In this document: piece after piece, positions 54,160-64,000 of the stretch
Numbering within the stretch: the first letter of the stretch is position 1
Layout: each line of letters starts with the position of its first letter
Origin: Thermomonas sp.
GTDB taxonomy: Bacteria; Pseudomonadota; Gammaproteobacteria; Xanthomonadales; Xanthomonadaceae
Reading direction: 5' to 3'
Length of the DNA stretch: 64,000 nucleotides
NCBI GenBank assembly: GCA_044226035.1
Contig: JBGAHT010000007.1
Span: forward strand, 2,406 to 66,405
The notes under the pieces: generated by a model
The model's database searches: none
The model's input: the letters and a program-made list of their open reading frames with translations, nothing else
Told to the model about the DNA's origin: nothing
Translations under genes and position numbers: made by a program

Positions 54160-54807
54160 TTATGCCGTGGCCGTCGGCTCGCGGCCCACCACGGCGAGGT
54201 GGCGTTCGCCGTCCAGGCCCGGAACCGTGAGCCGATGCAGCGTTTCCAGGCGCCAGCCGCGCGGCAGCGCGGCGATTTCCTCGTCCGGGCGCGCGCCCTT
54301 CATCGCCAGCAGCTTGCCGCCCGGGGCGAGCAGGTGGCCGCCGAAGGCGAGGATCTGCGGCAAGGTCGCCAGCGCCCGCGCGGTGATGGCGTCGAACGCG
54401 CCCGGCCGCTGCAGCGCCTCGATCCGCGATTCGGCGACCTCGGCGTTGTCCAGGCCCAGCGTGCGCACCGCCTCGCGCAGGAAGCGCGCCTTCTTGCCGT
54501 TGGATTCGACCAGCGTCACCCGCAGCCCGGGCGTGGCGATCGCCAGCGGGATGCCGGGCAGGCCGGGGCCGGTGCCGAGGTCGGCGAGCGTGCCGATGGC
54601 GCCGAGGTGGGGCTGCATCGCCAGCGAATCGAGGAGGTGGCGCGGCACCATCTCGCCCGGGTCGCGCACCGCGGTGAGGTTGTAGGCGCGGTTCCAGCGC
54701 ACGAGCAGGTCGAGGTAGGCCAGCAGCGGCGGCGCGAGCCGGTCCGGCAACGCGAGCGCGGCGAGGCCGGCGCGCAGCGGGGCGTCGAGGTCGTGGCCGG
54801 CGGTCAT
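54160..54807 (-). CDS. rsmG: 16S rRNA (guanine527-N7)-methyltransferase RsmG
   Basis: [29 protein letters not shown]...[15 protein letters not shown]. Confidence 0.85.
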   Translation of the reverse strand: MTAGHDLDAPLRAGLAALALPDRLAPPLLAYLDLLVRWNRAYNLTAVRDPGEMVPRHLLDSLAMQPHLGAIGTLADLGTGPGLPGIPLAIATPGLRVTLVESNGKKARFLREAVRTLGLDNAEVAESRIEALQRPGAFDAITARALATLPQILAFGGHLLAPGGKLLAMKGARPDEEIAALPRGWRLETLHRLTVPGLDGERHLAVVGREPTATA

Positions 54808-54814
54808 GCGCGGA

Positions 54815-55453
54815 TTATCCCTTGCGCCACGCGAGCGCGGCGAGCGTGCCCGGCGCCGGCGCCAGCTCGCGCAGGCGCCAGTCGCGCGGATCGCCGAGTT
54901 CGGCGTCGCAGCGCGCGAGGAACAGCGCGCCGTCGGTTTCGGCGAACGCCAATCGGTGCAGGCCGAAGGCGAGCCCGTGGCCGTGCGCCTTCAGCACCGC
55001 TTCCTTGGCGCACCACAGGCGCAGGAAATCGGACTCCAGGTGCGCGCGCTGCGACAGCCATGCCGTTTCATCGTCGGCGAAGAAGCGCCGCGCCAGCGCC
55101 AGCGCGTTCGCCCGCGGCCGGATCGCCTCGAGGTCGGCGCCGACGCGCGCTGCTTCGCCGCACGCGACCAGCAGGTGTTCGCCGCTGTGGCTCCAGCTGC
55201 AATCGAGCGCGGCGCGCTGCAGGTGCGGGCGGCCGCGCGCATCGCGCTCGAACCGGTAGTCGCCCGCTTCCCCGCCGAATTCGCGCGCCAGCCACGCCTG
55301 CACGCGCGGCATGGCCGCCTCGCCGCGCGCATGCGGCAACAGCGTCCAGCGCGGCGAAGCGGGAGGATGGTCTTGGCGGGGCATGGCGGCGCCAGCGTAA
55401 GCTAGCGGGCGTCCGAAGCCACGCGTTTTCGTCGATGTCCGCCGCATTCCCAT
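54815..55453 (-). CDS. 4'-phosphopantetheinyl transferase (Sfp/EntD type)
   Basis: [15 protein letters not shown] (the (F/W)SxSHSG motif) and [12 protein letters not shown] (the W..KEA..K motif). The start could be an internal Met. Confidence 0.7.
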   Translation of the reverse strand: MGMRRTSTKTRGFGRPLAYAGAAMPRQDHPPASPRWTLLPHARGEAAMPRVQAWLAREFGGEAGDYRFERDARGRPHLQRAALDCSWSHSGEHLLVACGEAARVGADLEAIRPRANALALARRFFADDETAWLSQRAHLESDFLRLWCAKEAVLKAHGHGLAFGLHRLAFAETDGALFLARCDAELGDPRDWRLRELAPAPGTLAALAWRKG

Positions 55454-56772
55454 CGCCCGTTGCCGACGCCAGGACCATGGCGATCGCCGTCGGCCCGCCG
55501 CAGCGCACGCTGGCGTTCGGGCCGCGCGGCGCGACGCCGCTGCGCGAATTCCTCGGCGAAGCGCGGGCGCTGGCCGCGACCCTGGGCGAAGGCGGGTGCG
55601 TGGTGAACCTGTGCGAGGACCGGCACCGCTTCCTCACCGGATTCTGCGCCGCCGCGTTGCGCGGCAAGACCACGCTGCTGCCGTCCTCGCGCGCGCCCGA
55701 AGTCGTCGCCGACGTGCAGCGCCGGCATCCGTCGAACCAGCTGCTCGACGATGCCGCGGTCGCGGCGGTGATCGCATCCGCGCCGGCGGCGGTGAACGAC
55801 ATTCCCGGCGTCGCCGCGGATGCGCTCGCCGCGATCGGCTTCACCTCCGGCAGCACCGGCGTGCCGCAGGCCAACCCGAAGACCTGGGGCGCCTTCGCCA
55901 CCAGCACCGCGCAGAACCTCGCCGCGTTGCGCGACCTGTGGCCGGCCGACGCGCAGGCGCAGGTCGTGGCGACGGTGCCGCCGCAGCACATGTACGGCAT
56001 GGAGCTTTCGGTATTGCTGCCGCTGCTCGGCGGCGCCGCGGTGCACGAGGCGCGGCCGTTCTTCCCCGCCGACATCGCGCGCGTGCTGGCCGACGCGGCG
56101 CACACGCGCCTGCTGGTGACCACGCCGGTGCACCTGCGCGCGCTGCTGGCGTCGGGCGTGGCGCTGCCGCCGCTGGCCGGCATCGTCTCCGCGACCGCGC
56201 CGTTGCCGGCCGAACTGGCGCTGCAGGCCGAAGACCGCTTCGGCTGCGAGGTGCGCGAGCTGTTCGGTTCCACCGAGACCTGCGTGATCGCGCGCCGGCG
56301 CACCGCGCGCGAGGCGGCGTGGACGCCGTTGCCCGGCGTGCGCATCGCGGCGCTGGAAGACGCAACCGAAGTGCGCGCCGCGCACCTGCCCGCGCCGGTA
56401 CAACTGGCAGATCGCATGGAAGTCGATGCGGAAGGCCGCTTCATCCTGCGCGGGCGCCAGTCCGACCTGCTGGAAATCGCCGGCAAGCGCGCCTCGCTCG
56501 GCGACCTCACCCGGCGCCTGCTCGACATCCCGGGGGTGGAGGACGCCTGCGTGTTCCAGCCCGCGGTCGCGCCCGGCGAAGTGGCGCGGGTCGCGGCGCT
56601 GGTGGTCGCGCCCACCCGCAGCGAGGCGCAGATCCTCGATGCGCTGCGCGCCGGCGTCGATCCCGCGTTCCTGCCGCGGCCGTTGCGCAAGGTCGCGGCG
56701 TTGCCGCGCAACGAGACCGGCAAGCTGCCGCGCGCGGAACTGCTGGACTTGCTGCGGCGCTGCAAAAGCTGA
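55435..56772 (+). CDS. Stand-alone adenylate-forming enzyme (AMP-dependent synthetase/ligase, ~445 aa)
   Basis: GFTSGSTGVPQ (the A3 motif with Q replacing the usual K), LFGSTETC (A5), NETGKLPRAEL (A10). No thiolation or condensation domain. Divergent from the PPTase gene. Confidence 0.7.
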   Translation: MSAAFPSPVADARTMAIAVGPPQRTLAFGPRGATPLREFLGEARALAATLGEGGCVVNLCEDRHRFLTGFCAAALRGKTTLLPSSRAPEVVADVQRRHPSNQLLDDAAVAAVIASAPAAVNDIPGVAADALAAIGFTSGSTGVPQANPKTWGAFATSTAQNLAALRDLWPADAQAQVVATVPPQHMYGMELSVLLPLLGGAAVHEARPFFPADIARVLADAAHTRLLVTTPVHLRALLASGVALPPLAGIVSATAPLPAELALQAEDRFGCEVRELFGSTETCVIARRRTAREAAWTPLPGVRIAALEDATEVRAAHLPAPVQLADRMEVDAEGRFILRGRQSDLLEIAGKRASLGDLTRRLLDIPGVEDACVFQPAVAPGEVARVAALVVAPTRSEAQILDALRAGVDPAFLPRPLRKVAALPRNETGKLPRAELLDLLRRCKS

Positions 56773-56875
56773 ACCGCCGCGACGCGGCCGTCACGCCCCG
56801 CGCGGCAAAGTGCCTCGCGCCCCCGGCTCGGGGAGCGGACTGGCATTCCTTCCCAACAAGAGAGGAGTTCGTCGC

Positions 56876-57142
56876 ATGGGCATCATCATCTGGTTGATCG
56901 TGGGCGGCATCATCGGCTGGCTCGCCAGCATGGTCATGAAGACCGACGGCCAGCAGGGCATCCTGCTCAACATCGTGGTCGGCATCGTCGGCGCCTTCAT
57001 CGGCGGCTGGATCGGCCCGATGCTCGGCCTCGGCGGCGGCATCAACGCCGGCATCAGCGTGATGAGCATCGTCGTGTCGCTGATCGGCGCGATCATCCTG
57101 CTCGCGATCGTCAATCTGTTCCGCCGCGGACGCGTACGTTAA
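56876..57142 (+). CDS. GlsB/YeaQ/YmgE family transglycosylase-associated membrane protein
   Basis: MGIIIWLIVGGIIGWLASMVMKTDGQQGILLNIVVGIVGAFIGGWIG. Confidence 0.75.
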   Translation: MGIIIWLIVGGIIGWLASMVMKTDGQQGILLNIVVGIVGAFIGGWIGPMLGLGGGINAGISVMSIVVSLIGAIILLAIVNLFRRGRVR

Positions 57143-57202
57143 GCACGTCGCAGCGGCATGGAAAAGGCCCGGTATCCCGGGCCTTTTTCCTGAGCGGCCC
57201 GC

Positions 57203-57973
57203 TCAGGCGAGTTCGACGAAGGCGGGCGCGTGGTCGCTGGCGCGTTCCCAGGTGCGCGGGGTGCGGTCGATGCCGGCGCTCGTGGTCGAAGCGCGCAACG
57301 CGTCCGACACCAGGGTCAGGTCGATGCGCAGGCCGAGGTTGCGCCGGAACGCGGCCTGGCGGTAATCCCACCAGCTGAACACGCCGGCCTCGTCGTTGTG
57401 CAGGCGGAAGCCGTCGTGCAGGCCCAGCGCGAGCAGGCGCTGCAGCGCCGCGCGCTCGGCGGTGGAGGTGAGGATGTGCCCGTCGTTCCAGACCGCCGGA
57501 TCGTGCACGTCGCGGTCGTCGGGCGCGATGTTGAAGTCGCCCAGCACCACCAGTTTCGGATGCTTGCGCAATTCGTCGGCGATCCAGCCGTGCACCGCGT
57601 CCAGCCAGCGCAGTTTGTAGTCGTATTTCTCGGTGCCGATGTCCTGGCCGTTGACCACGTAGAGATTCACGATCCGCGTGTCGCCCACGGTCGCGGCGAT
57701 GGCGCGCGCCTGCGCGTCCTCGAAGCCGGGGATGGCGACCTGCACCTGGTCCAGCGCGCGGTCGCGGGCGAGGATGGCGACGCCGTTGTAGGTCTTCTGC
57801 CCGTGGAACACGCTGCGGTAGCCGAGCGCGGCCAGCGCGTCGTCGGGGAAGCGGTGGTCCTCGAGCTTGGTTTCCTGCAGCCCGACCACGTCCGGCGCGA
57901 ATTCGCCCAGCCACTGCTGCAGCTGCGGCAGGCGCACGTTGAGCGAGTTGACGTTCCAGCTGGCGATTTTCAT
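57203..57973 (-). CDS. xthA: Exodeoxyribonuclease III
   Basis: MKIASWNVNSLNVRLPQLQQWL...DVVGLQETK...GDFNIAPDDRD...SDHAPAFVEL. Confidence 0.85.
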   Translation of the reverse strand: MKIASWNVNSLNVRLPQLQQWLGEFAPDVVGLQETKLEDHRFPDDALAALGYRSVFHGQKTYNGVAILARDRALDQVQVAIPGFEDAQARAIAATVGDTRIVNLYVVNGQDIGTEKYDYKLRWLDAVHGWIADELRKHPKLVVLGDFNIAPDDRDVHDPAVWNDGHILTSTAERAALQRLLALGLHDGFRLHNDEAGVFSWWDYRQAAFRRNLGLRIDLTLVSDALRASTTSAGIDRTPRTWERASDHAPAFVELA

Positions 57974-58137
57974 GGGCGCAAGCCTATCCCCCCGGGCCAC
58001 GGGCGTCGAATGCGAATCGTTCCGCGGACCGTGTCGTCGGTCATGGGGTCCGCATGCGCTGCAATTGACCAGGATCAATCCGCGCGGCCGGCGAACGGCG
58101 GATGCTGGGTTCCCCGCCGCCGCAGGAGTCCGCCGCC

Positions 58138-58674
58138 ATGACCCTCGACAACAGCGTCCGCCGCCGTTTCGCCTGGCCGGTCCGCGCGATCCACTGGATC
58201 AGCGCGGGGCTGGTGCTGGTCGCCTACCTCACCACCGAACTCGCCGAGGAGGCGGAACATGGCGAGGCGGTCGGCATCAACTGGCACGTCGCCGCCGGAC
58301 TCGCGTTGCTGCTGCTGTTCGTGCCGCGACTGCTGGCGAAGTTGCTGCCGCGGCCTGGCCCGCTGATGCCGCCGGCGCCGGGCTGGACGCGGTTGCCGCA
58401 CGCGCTGGTGACGCTGGCGTTGTTGCTGTTCGTGCTCGTGCAGCCGGTGCTGGGGGTGTTGTCGGTATGGGCCGCGGGCGATGCGCTGGCGATTCCCTTC
58501 ACGCCATGGACGTTGCCGCCGATGCTGGCGCTGGGCGAAGGCGCCGGCCACACGCTGGAGGAAGCGCACGAGCTGATCGGCAACGCGTTCTACGCGGTGA
58601 TCGGCCTGCATGCGCTGGCCGCGCTGTGGCACCAGTTCGTGCGTCGCGACGGTACGCTGCGGCGGATGCTTTGA
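58138..58674 (+). CDS. Cytochrome b561 family protein
   Basis: Four TM helices with conserved His (IHWISAGLVL; WHVAAGLAL; HALVTLALL; LHALAALWHQ). Confidence 0.65.
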   Translation: MTLDNSVRRRFAWPVRAIHWISAGLVLVAYLTTELAEEAEHGEAVGINWHVAAGLALLLLFVPRLLAKLLPRPGPLMPPAPGWTRLPHALVTLALLLFVLVQPVLGVLSVWAAGDALAIPFTPWTLPPMLALGEGAGHTLEEAHELIGNAFYAVIGLHALAALWHQFVRRDGTLRRML

Positions 58675-58684
58675 GGCGGCCGGC

Positions 58685-60094
58685 TCAACGCACGATCAAA
58701 TCGATCAGCCACTTCGCCTTCGAATACGGCGGCTTCAGCAGGTCGCCGCCGCTGCGTTTCGCCTGCCACAGGATCGGCAACTGCTTGCTCATCGCGTCGA
58801 AGCCGGCGCGGCCGTGGTAGGCGCCCATGCCGCTGGGGCCGATCCCGCCGAACGGCAACGCGGATACCGCGAAGTGGAACAGCGCGTCGTTCACCGACAC
58901 GCCGCCGGCGAGCGTAGCGCGCAGGATCTTCTCGATGTCCGCGCGGTCATGGCTGAAGGGATACAGCGCCAGCGGCCGGTCGTGCGCGTTGACGTAGGCG
59001 ATGGCGGCATCCAGCGACGGCACGCTCCTGATCGGGAAGATCGGGCCGAAGATTTCATCCTGCATCACCTTGGCGTCGTCGCCGGGTTCGAGAATCAGGG
59101 TCGGCGGGAACAGCCGCTGCGCTGGATCGGCCGCGCCGAGTTGGATTACTTCCAACCCGCGCGCGCGCGCATCGTCCACGTAGCCCTGCAGGCGCGCGTA
59201 CTGGCCATCGTTGATCACCCGGGTGTAGTCGTTCGCGTTCTCGAAGTTGGCGCCGTAGCGCGCCTGCACTTCGGCGCGCAACGCATCCACCAGTGCGTCG
59301 CGCCTGTCCGCCGGTACCAGCACGTAGTCGGGCGCGATGCAGGTCTGGCCGCCGTTGAACCACTTGCCGGTGGCGAGCCGCGCCGCGGCCTGTTCGACCG
59401 GATAGTCCCCGCAGACGATGGCCGGCGACTTGCCACCGAGTTCCAGCGTGAGCGGGGTGAGGTTGGGCGCGGCCGCGGCCATCACCTTGCGCCCGACGGC
59501 GGTGGAACCGGTGAACACGAGGTGGTCGAACGGCAGCGCGGCGAACGCGGCACCGACCTCGGCACCGCCTTCGGCGACGGCGACGCGGTCCCCGGGGAAC
59601 ACCTCGGCCAGCAGTTCGCGCAGGAAGGCGCTGGTGCGCGGCGTGTGTTCGGACGGCTTCAGGTACACGTGGTTGCCGGCGGCGATGGCGGTCGCGAGCG
59701 GCACCAGCGCCAGGTTCACCGGGTAGTTCCACGGCGCGATCACGCCGACCACGCCGACCGGTTCCACCCGGATTTCCGCGCGCGCGGGCAGGAAGCGCCA
59801 GCCCACGCCCGCGCGCCCGGGCTTCATCCAGCCGCGCAGGTGCCGGCGCAGGTGGTCGATCTCGTTGAGCACGGTCATGCCGTCGGCGATCAGGCTCTCG
59901 GCTTTCGCGCGATGGCCGAAGTCGGCGGAAATCGCCGCGGCCATCCCGTCCAGTCGCCGCTTCAGCGCATCGCGCAGGCGCCGGAGGTCGTCGCGGCGCT
60001 GCCCGGCATCGGGCTTGCCCGCCTGCCAGGCCGCGCGCAGGCGGTCGAGGGTCGGGCGCAGTTCGGCGATGGGGGTGTCGGCGGCGATGTCCAT
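58685..60094 (-). CDS. Aldehyde dehydrogenase family protein (coniferyl-aldehyde DH-like)
   Basis: ELGGKSP...GQTCIAPDY... contains the catalytic Cys. EIFGPI has the general-base Glu. Confidence 0.8.
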   Translation of the reverse strand: MDIAADTPIAELRPTLDRLRAAWQAGKPDAGQRRDDLRRLRDALKRRLDGMAAAISADFGHRAKAESLIADGMTVLNEIDHLRRHLRGWMKPGRAGVGWRFLPARAEIRVEPVGVVGVIAPWNYPVNLALVPLATAIAAGNHVYLKPSEHTPRTSAFLRELLAEVFPGDRVAVAEGGAEVGAAFAALPFDHLVFTGSTAVGRKVMAAAAPNLTPLTLELGGKSPAIVCGDYPVEQAAARLATGKWFNGGQTCIAPDYVLVPADRRDALVDALRAEVQARYGANFENANDYTRVINDGQYARLQGYVDDARARGLEVIQLGAADPAQRLFPPTLILEPGDDAKVMQDEIFGPIFPIRSVPSLDAAIAYVNAHDRPLALYPFSHDRADIEKILRATLAGGVSVNDALFHFAVSALPFGGIGPSGMGAYHGRAGFDAMSKQLPILWQAKRSGGDLLKPPYSKAKWLIDLIVR

Positions 60095-60144
60095 GGCCGG
60101 AGTATAGGCGGCGCATTTTCGAGCTTGCGGACTAAAATCGGCGC

Positions 60145-60684
60145 ATGGACATCCGACCCTACCGCGGCATCCTGCCCACGCTCGGCGCGCGCGCCTACGT
60201 CGATCCCGCCGCCAGCGTGATCGGCGACGTGGTCCTCGGCGAGGACGTGTCGGTGTGGCCGTTCACCGTGATCCGCGGCGACGTGAACTTCGTTCGCATT
60301 GGCGACCGCACCAACATCCAGGACGGCACCGTCGTGCATGTCAGCCACGACGGCCCGCACGCCAAGCTCGGCGGCTTCGCCACCCGCATCGGCGCGGACG
60401 TGACCATCGGCCACAAGGCCGTCATCCACGCCTGCACCATCGAGGACGCGGTGCTGGTGGGCATGGGCGCGATCGTGCTCGACGGCGCGGTGGTCAGGAA
60501 GCACGCCTTCATCGGCGCCGGCGCGCTGGTCGCGCCCGGCAAGGTGGTCGGCGAGGGCGAGCTGTGGCTCGGCAACCCGGCGAGGAAGGCGCGCATGCTC
60601 AGCGATGCCGAGATCGACGCGCTGTACTACAGCGCCAGGCACTACGTGCGGCTGAAGGACGAATACCTCGCCGCACCCCCGTAG
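60145..60684 (+). CDS. Gamma-class carbonic anhydrase family protein (hexapeptide repeat, YrdA/PaaY-like)
   Basis: Left-handed beta-helix hexapeptide repeats. HVSHDGPH... and IGHKAVIHAC carry the metal-binding His residues. Confidence 0.75.
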   Translation: MDIRPYRGILPTLGARAYVDPAASVIGDVVLGEDVSVWPFTVIRGDVNFVRIGDRTNIQDGTVVHVSHDGPHAKLGGFATRIGADVTIGHKAVIHACTIEDAVLVGMGAIVLDGAVVRKHAFIGAGALVAPGKVVGEGELWLGNPARKARMLSDAEIDALYYSARHYVRLKDEYLAAPP

Positions 60685-60814
60685 GCGTGGCCTTGGCCGC
60701 GACGGTGGGAGGGGTTGAACAGCCATTCGGCTGTTGAAAGCGGCAGGCCCGATGGCGCGGTTTGGTCGCGACCATGGCCCGCGGTGTCGCCGGTCGAGCC
60801 TGTAAACCGAGCCC

Positions 60815-60865
60815 CTCATCCGCCTTCGGCACCTTCTCCCCGCGATGCGGGGAGAAGGAAAACAA
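60815..60865. repeat. REP-like palindrome (cttctccccgcgatgcggggagaagg)
   Basis: Perfect inverted repeat downstream of aroE. Confidence 0.5.
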
Positions 60866-60866
60866 G

Positions 60867-61712
60867 TCAGTCGGCGGTCACCAGCCGCGCGTTTTCCGCG
60901 CGCAGTTCGCCGTAGATCCGGTCGGTGTCGGGCCGCGTGCCGTGCCAGCGCGCGAAGCTCTCGGCCGCCTGTTCGACCAGCATGCCGAGGCCGTCGATGG
61001 ATTCGTGCGCGCCGTGCGCGCGCGCCCAGGCGAGGAATGGAATCGCCGCCTCGCCATAGCTCAGGCTCACCGCCGCGCTGCGCCGGCCGAGCAGGGTGCG
61101 CGGCAGCACCGGGAAATCGCCGCCGTTGCGCGCCGCGGTGGTGGCGTTGAGCACCAGGTCGAATTCGCCCAGGCCGCGCAGGTCGTCGAAATAGCGCGGA
61201 TGCACGCGGCCGGGCTGGCCGAGCATGTCGGCCAGCGCGTCGGCGCGCGCGGGGGTGCGGTTGACGATGAACAGGTCGCCGATGCCGGCGTCGAGCAGGG
61301 CGGGGGCGACGCCGTGCGCCGCGCCGCCGGCGCCGAGCAGCAGGGTGCGGCGCGCGCGCAGGTCCAGGCCGTGGCGTTCGGTCAGGTCTCGCACCAGGCC
61401 GACGCCGTCGGTGTTGTCGCCGTGCCAGGCGTCGCCGTTGCGGATCAGCGTGTTCACCGCGCCCGCGCGGCGCGCGCGTTCGGTGCTGTCGCTGCACAAC
61501 GCGAACGCGGCTTCCTTCAGCGGCAGGGTGACGTTGGCGCCGGCCCCGCCGCGGGCGACGAAGGCGTCGAGCGCGGCATCGAAGCCCGCGGGCTCGACGT
61601 CGATCGCGGAATACTCGATGGCGATGCCCGCCTGTTTCCCGAACGCGGCATGGATGCGCGGCGACAGCGAATGCGCGACCGGGTGACCGAACACGGCGTA
61701 GTGCCTGCTCAT
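60867..61712 (-). CDS. aroE: Shikimate dehydrogenase
   Basis: [23 protein letters not shown]...[10 protein letters not shown]...GAVNTL...GDNTDGVG...LLGAGGAA. Confidence 0.85.
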   Translation of the reverse strand: MSRHYAVFGHPVAHSLSPRIHAAFGKQAGIAIEYSAIDVEPAGFDAALDAFVARGGAGANVTLPLKEAAFALCSDSTERARRAGAVNTLIRNGDAWHGDNTDGVGLVRDLTERHGLDLRARRTLLLGAGGAAHGVAPALLDAGIGDLFIVNRTPARADALADMLGQPGRVHPRYFDDLRGLGEFDLVLNATTAARNGGDFPVLPRTLLGRRSAAVSLSYGEAAIPFLAWARAHGAHESIDGLGMLVEQAAESFARWHGTRPDTDRIYGELRAENARLVTAD

Positions 61713-61766
61713 GCGGAACTCCTCCCGTGGCGTCGTCGCAACGAGTCTACTCCCGCCGCGTGGAGC

Positions 61767-63193
<1,427 letters not shown>

Positions 63194-63271
63194 TTACGCC
63201 GGCCGGCGCGGGGGCGAAAAAAACCGGCGCCACGAGGGCGCCGGTCGGTGGAGCGCAACGATTGCGTCCGG

Positions 63272-64000
63272 TCAGGGACGCAGGGCGCAGTTGGTGATCG
63301 CCGTCTGCTGGGCCGAGGTGATCAGACCCGCCGCCTTGAGCCTCGAGGCGAAACCGGTGATGCAGGACTTGCGGCCGGTCGTGGTCGGGTAGGACGCCGT
63401 GCACAGCGTATCGGCCGCCTGCAGGTTGGCGCCGGTCATCAGGCCTGGCGCGACGTAGAGCGGCACCTTGGTGTCGCAGGCCTTGCTGCCGAGCTTGGCC
63501 GTACCGGACTTCAGCACCCAGCCTTCGTCCGCGAACACGGATGCGGTGAGGTCGGTGCGGAAGTTGGCGGCCAGGTCGTCGTTGATGAACGGTTCCATCA
63601 ACGCGTTCGGCGTCAGCGAGGTGTCGAAGTGCGAGAAGGTCGAACCGCTCGACACCGAGGTCGGCGCGTACAGCAGCGCACGGCCGCCGCTGTCGGCACC
63701 GGTGAACTGGCCTGCGATCGGGTTCAACGCGGCATGCATCCCGGTGGCCTGCGCGCGGATCGTGTCGGCGGCGGCAAGGTTCAGGCTCACTGCCGGAATC
63801 GTGGCGGTGTAGCCCGGATCGTCGGACATGTTTGGCGCGGTACCCGGCGTGCCCGAAGAAGTCACGTTGCCGATGATCACGCCGATGGCGCCGGCATTCT
63901 GGGCATTCACGGTCTTGGCCTCGAACGCGCAGGTCCCGCGGTTGATGAAGGCGACCTTGCCGGTGAAGGTGCCGGCCGGGTACGCCTCGCAACCGTCGTT
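63272..64000 (-). CDS. Secreted peptidase, C-terminal portion with a PA (protease-associated) domain (partial; continues beyond the window end)
   Basis: ...GKVAFINRGTCAFEAKTVNAQNAGAIGVIIGNV is a PA-domain signature. Followed by a C-terminal region with several Cys. The N-terminus lies outside the window. Confidence 0.5.
   Translation of the reverse strand, partial: NDGCEAYPAGTFTGKVAFINRGTCAFEAKTVNAQNAGAIGVIIGNVTSSGTPGTAPNMSDDPGYTATIPAVSLNLAAADTIRAQATGMHAALNPIAGQFTGADSGGRALLYAPTSVSSGSTFSHFDTSLTPNALMEPFINDDLAANFRTDLTASVFADEGWVLKSGTAKLGSKACDTKVPLYVAPGLMTGANLQAADTLCTASYPTTTGRKSCITGFASRLKAAGLITSAQQTAITNCALRP

Noticed and set aside
53920-56772. 950-aa plus-strand ORF
   Set aside because: Only the C-terminal 445 aa (from the Met at 55435) form a coherent adenylating enzyme. 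The upstream part is antisense to parA, rsmG and the PPTase.

Overview
This window is a ~69-70% GC chromosomal segment with Xanthomonadaceae/Lysobacteraceae-type REP elements (Lysobacter/Xanthomonas/Luteimonas-like).

**Core content.** Most of the window is dense housekeeping coding sequence: tamA-tamB, glyQ-glyS, tatA-tatB-tatC, hemH, rdgC, ttcA, cfa, plsB, rep, tdk, mutM, acs, rtcB, rpmB-rpmG, rsmG-parA-parB, xthA, aroE and hemB.

**Accessory features found, in coordinate order:**
- 1.4-4.65 kb: a lower-GC islet holding a collagen-repeat trimeric autotransporter adhesin and a secreted 463-aa protein. The islet sits at the 3' end of tamB, and the tamB 3' end is duplicated (~115 bp at 2925-3040, ~90% identical to the real end at 4660-4775).
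- <1-1360 and 35412-38785: two paralogous ECF sigma factor / Ser/Thr kinase pairs.
- 15210-17054: tandem paralogous membrane-protein genes whose 3' ends are sequence-identical.
- 26071-26310: a tandem pair of 120-bp REP doublets.
- 46774-50450: a ~3.7 kb segment bounded by identical 33-nt terminator hairpins. It carries rtcB, an SPFH/band-7 protein, and a ~1.2 kb ORF-free region with two tandem tRNA-like modules. These have canonical D- and T-arms but non-canonical acceptor and anticodon stems, so they may be Y-RNA-like tRNA mimics rather than true tRNAs.
- 54815-56772: an Sfp-type PPTase divergent from a stand-alone adenylating enzyme, upstream of rsmG where mnmG would be expected.

No CRISPR arrays, transposases or integrases were seen. 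All calls rest on reading the translations and DNA by eye; no searches were run.
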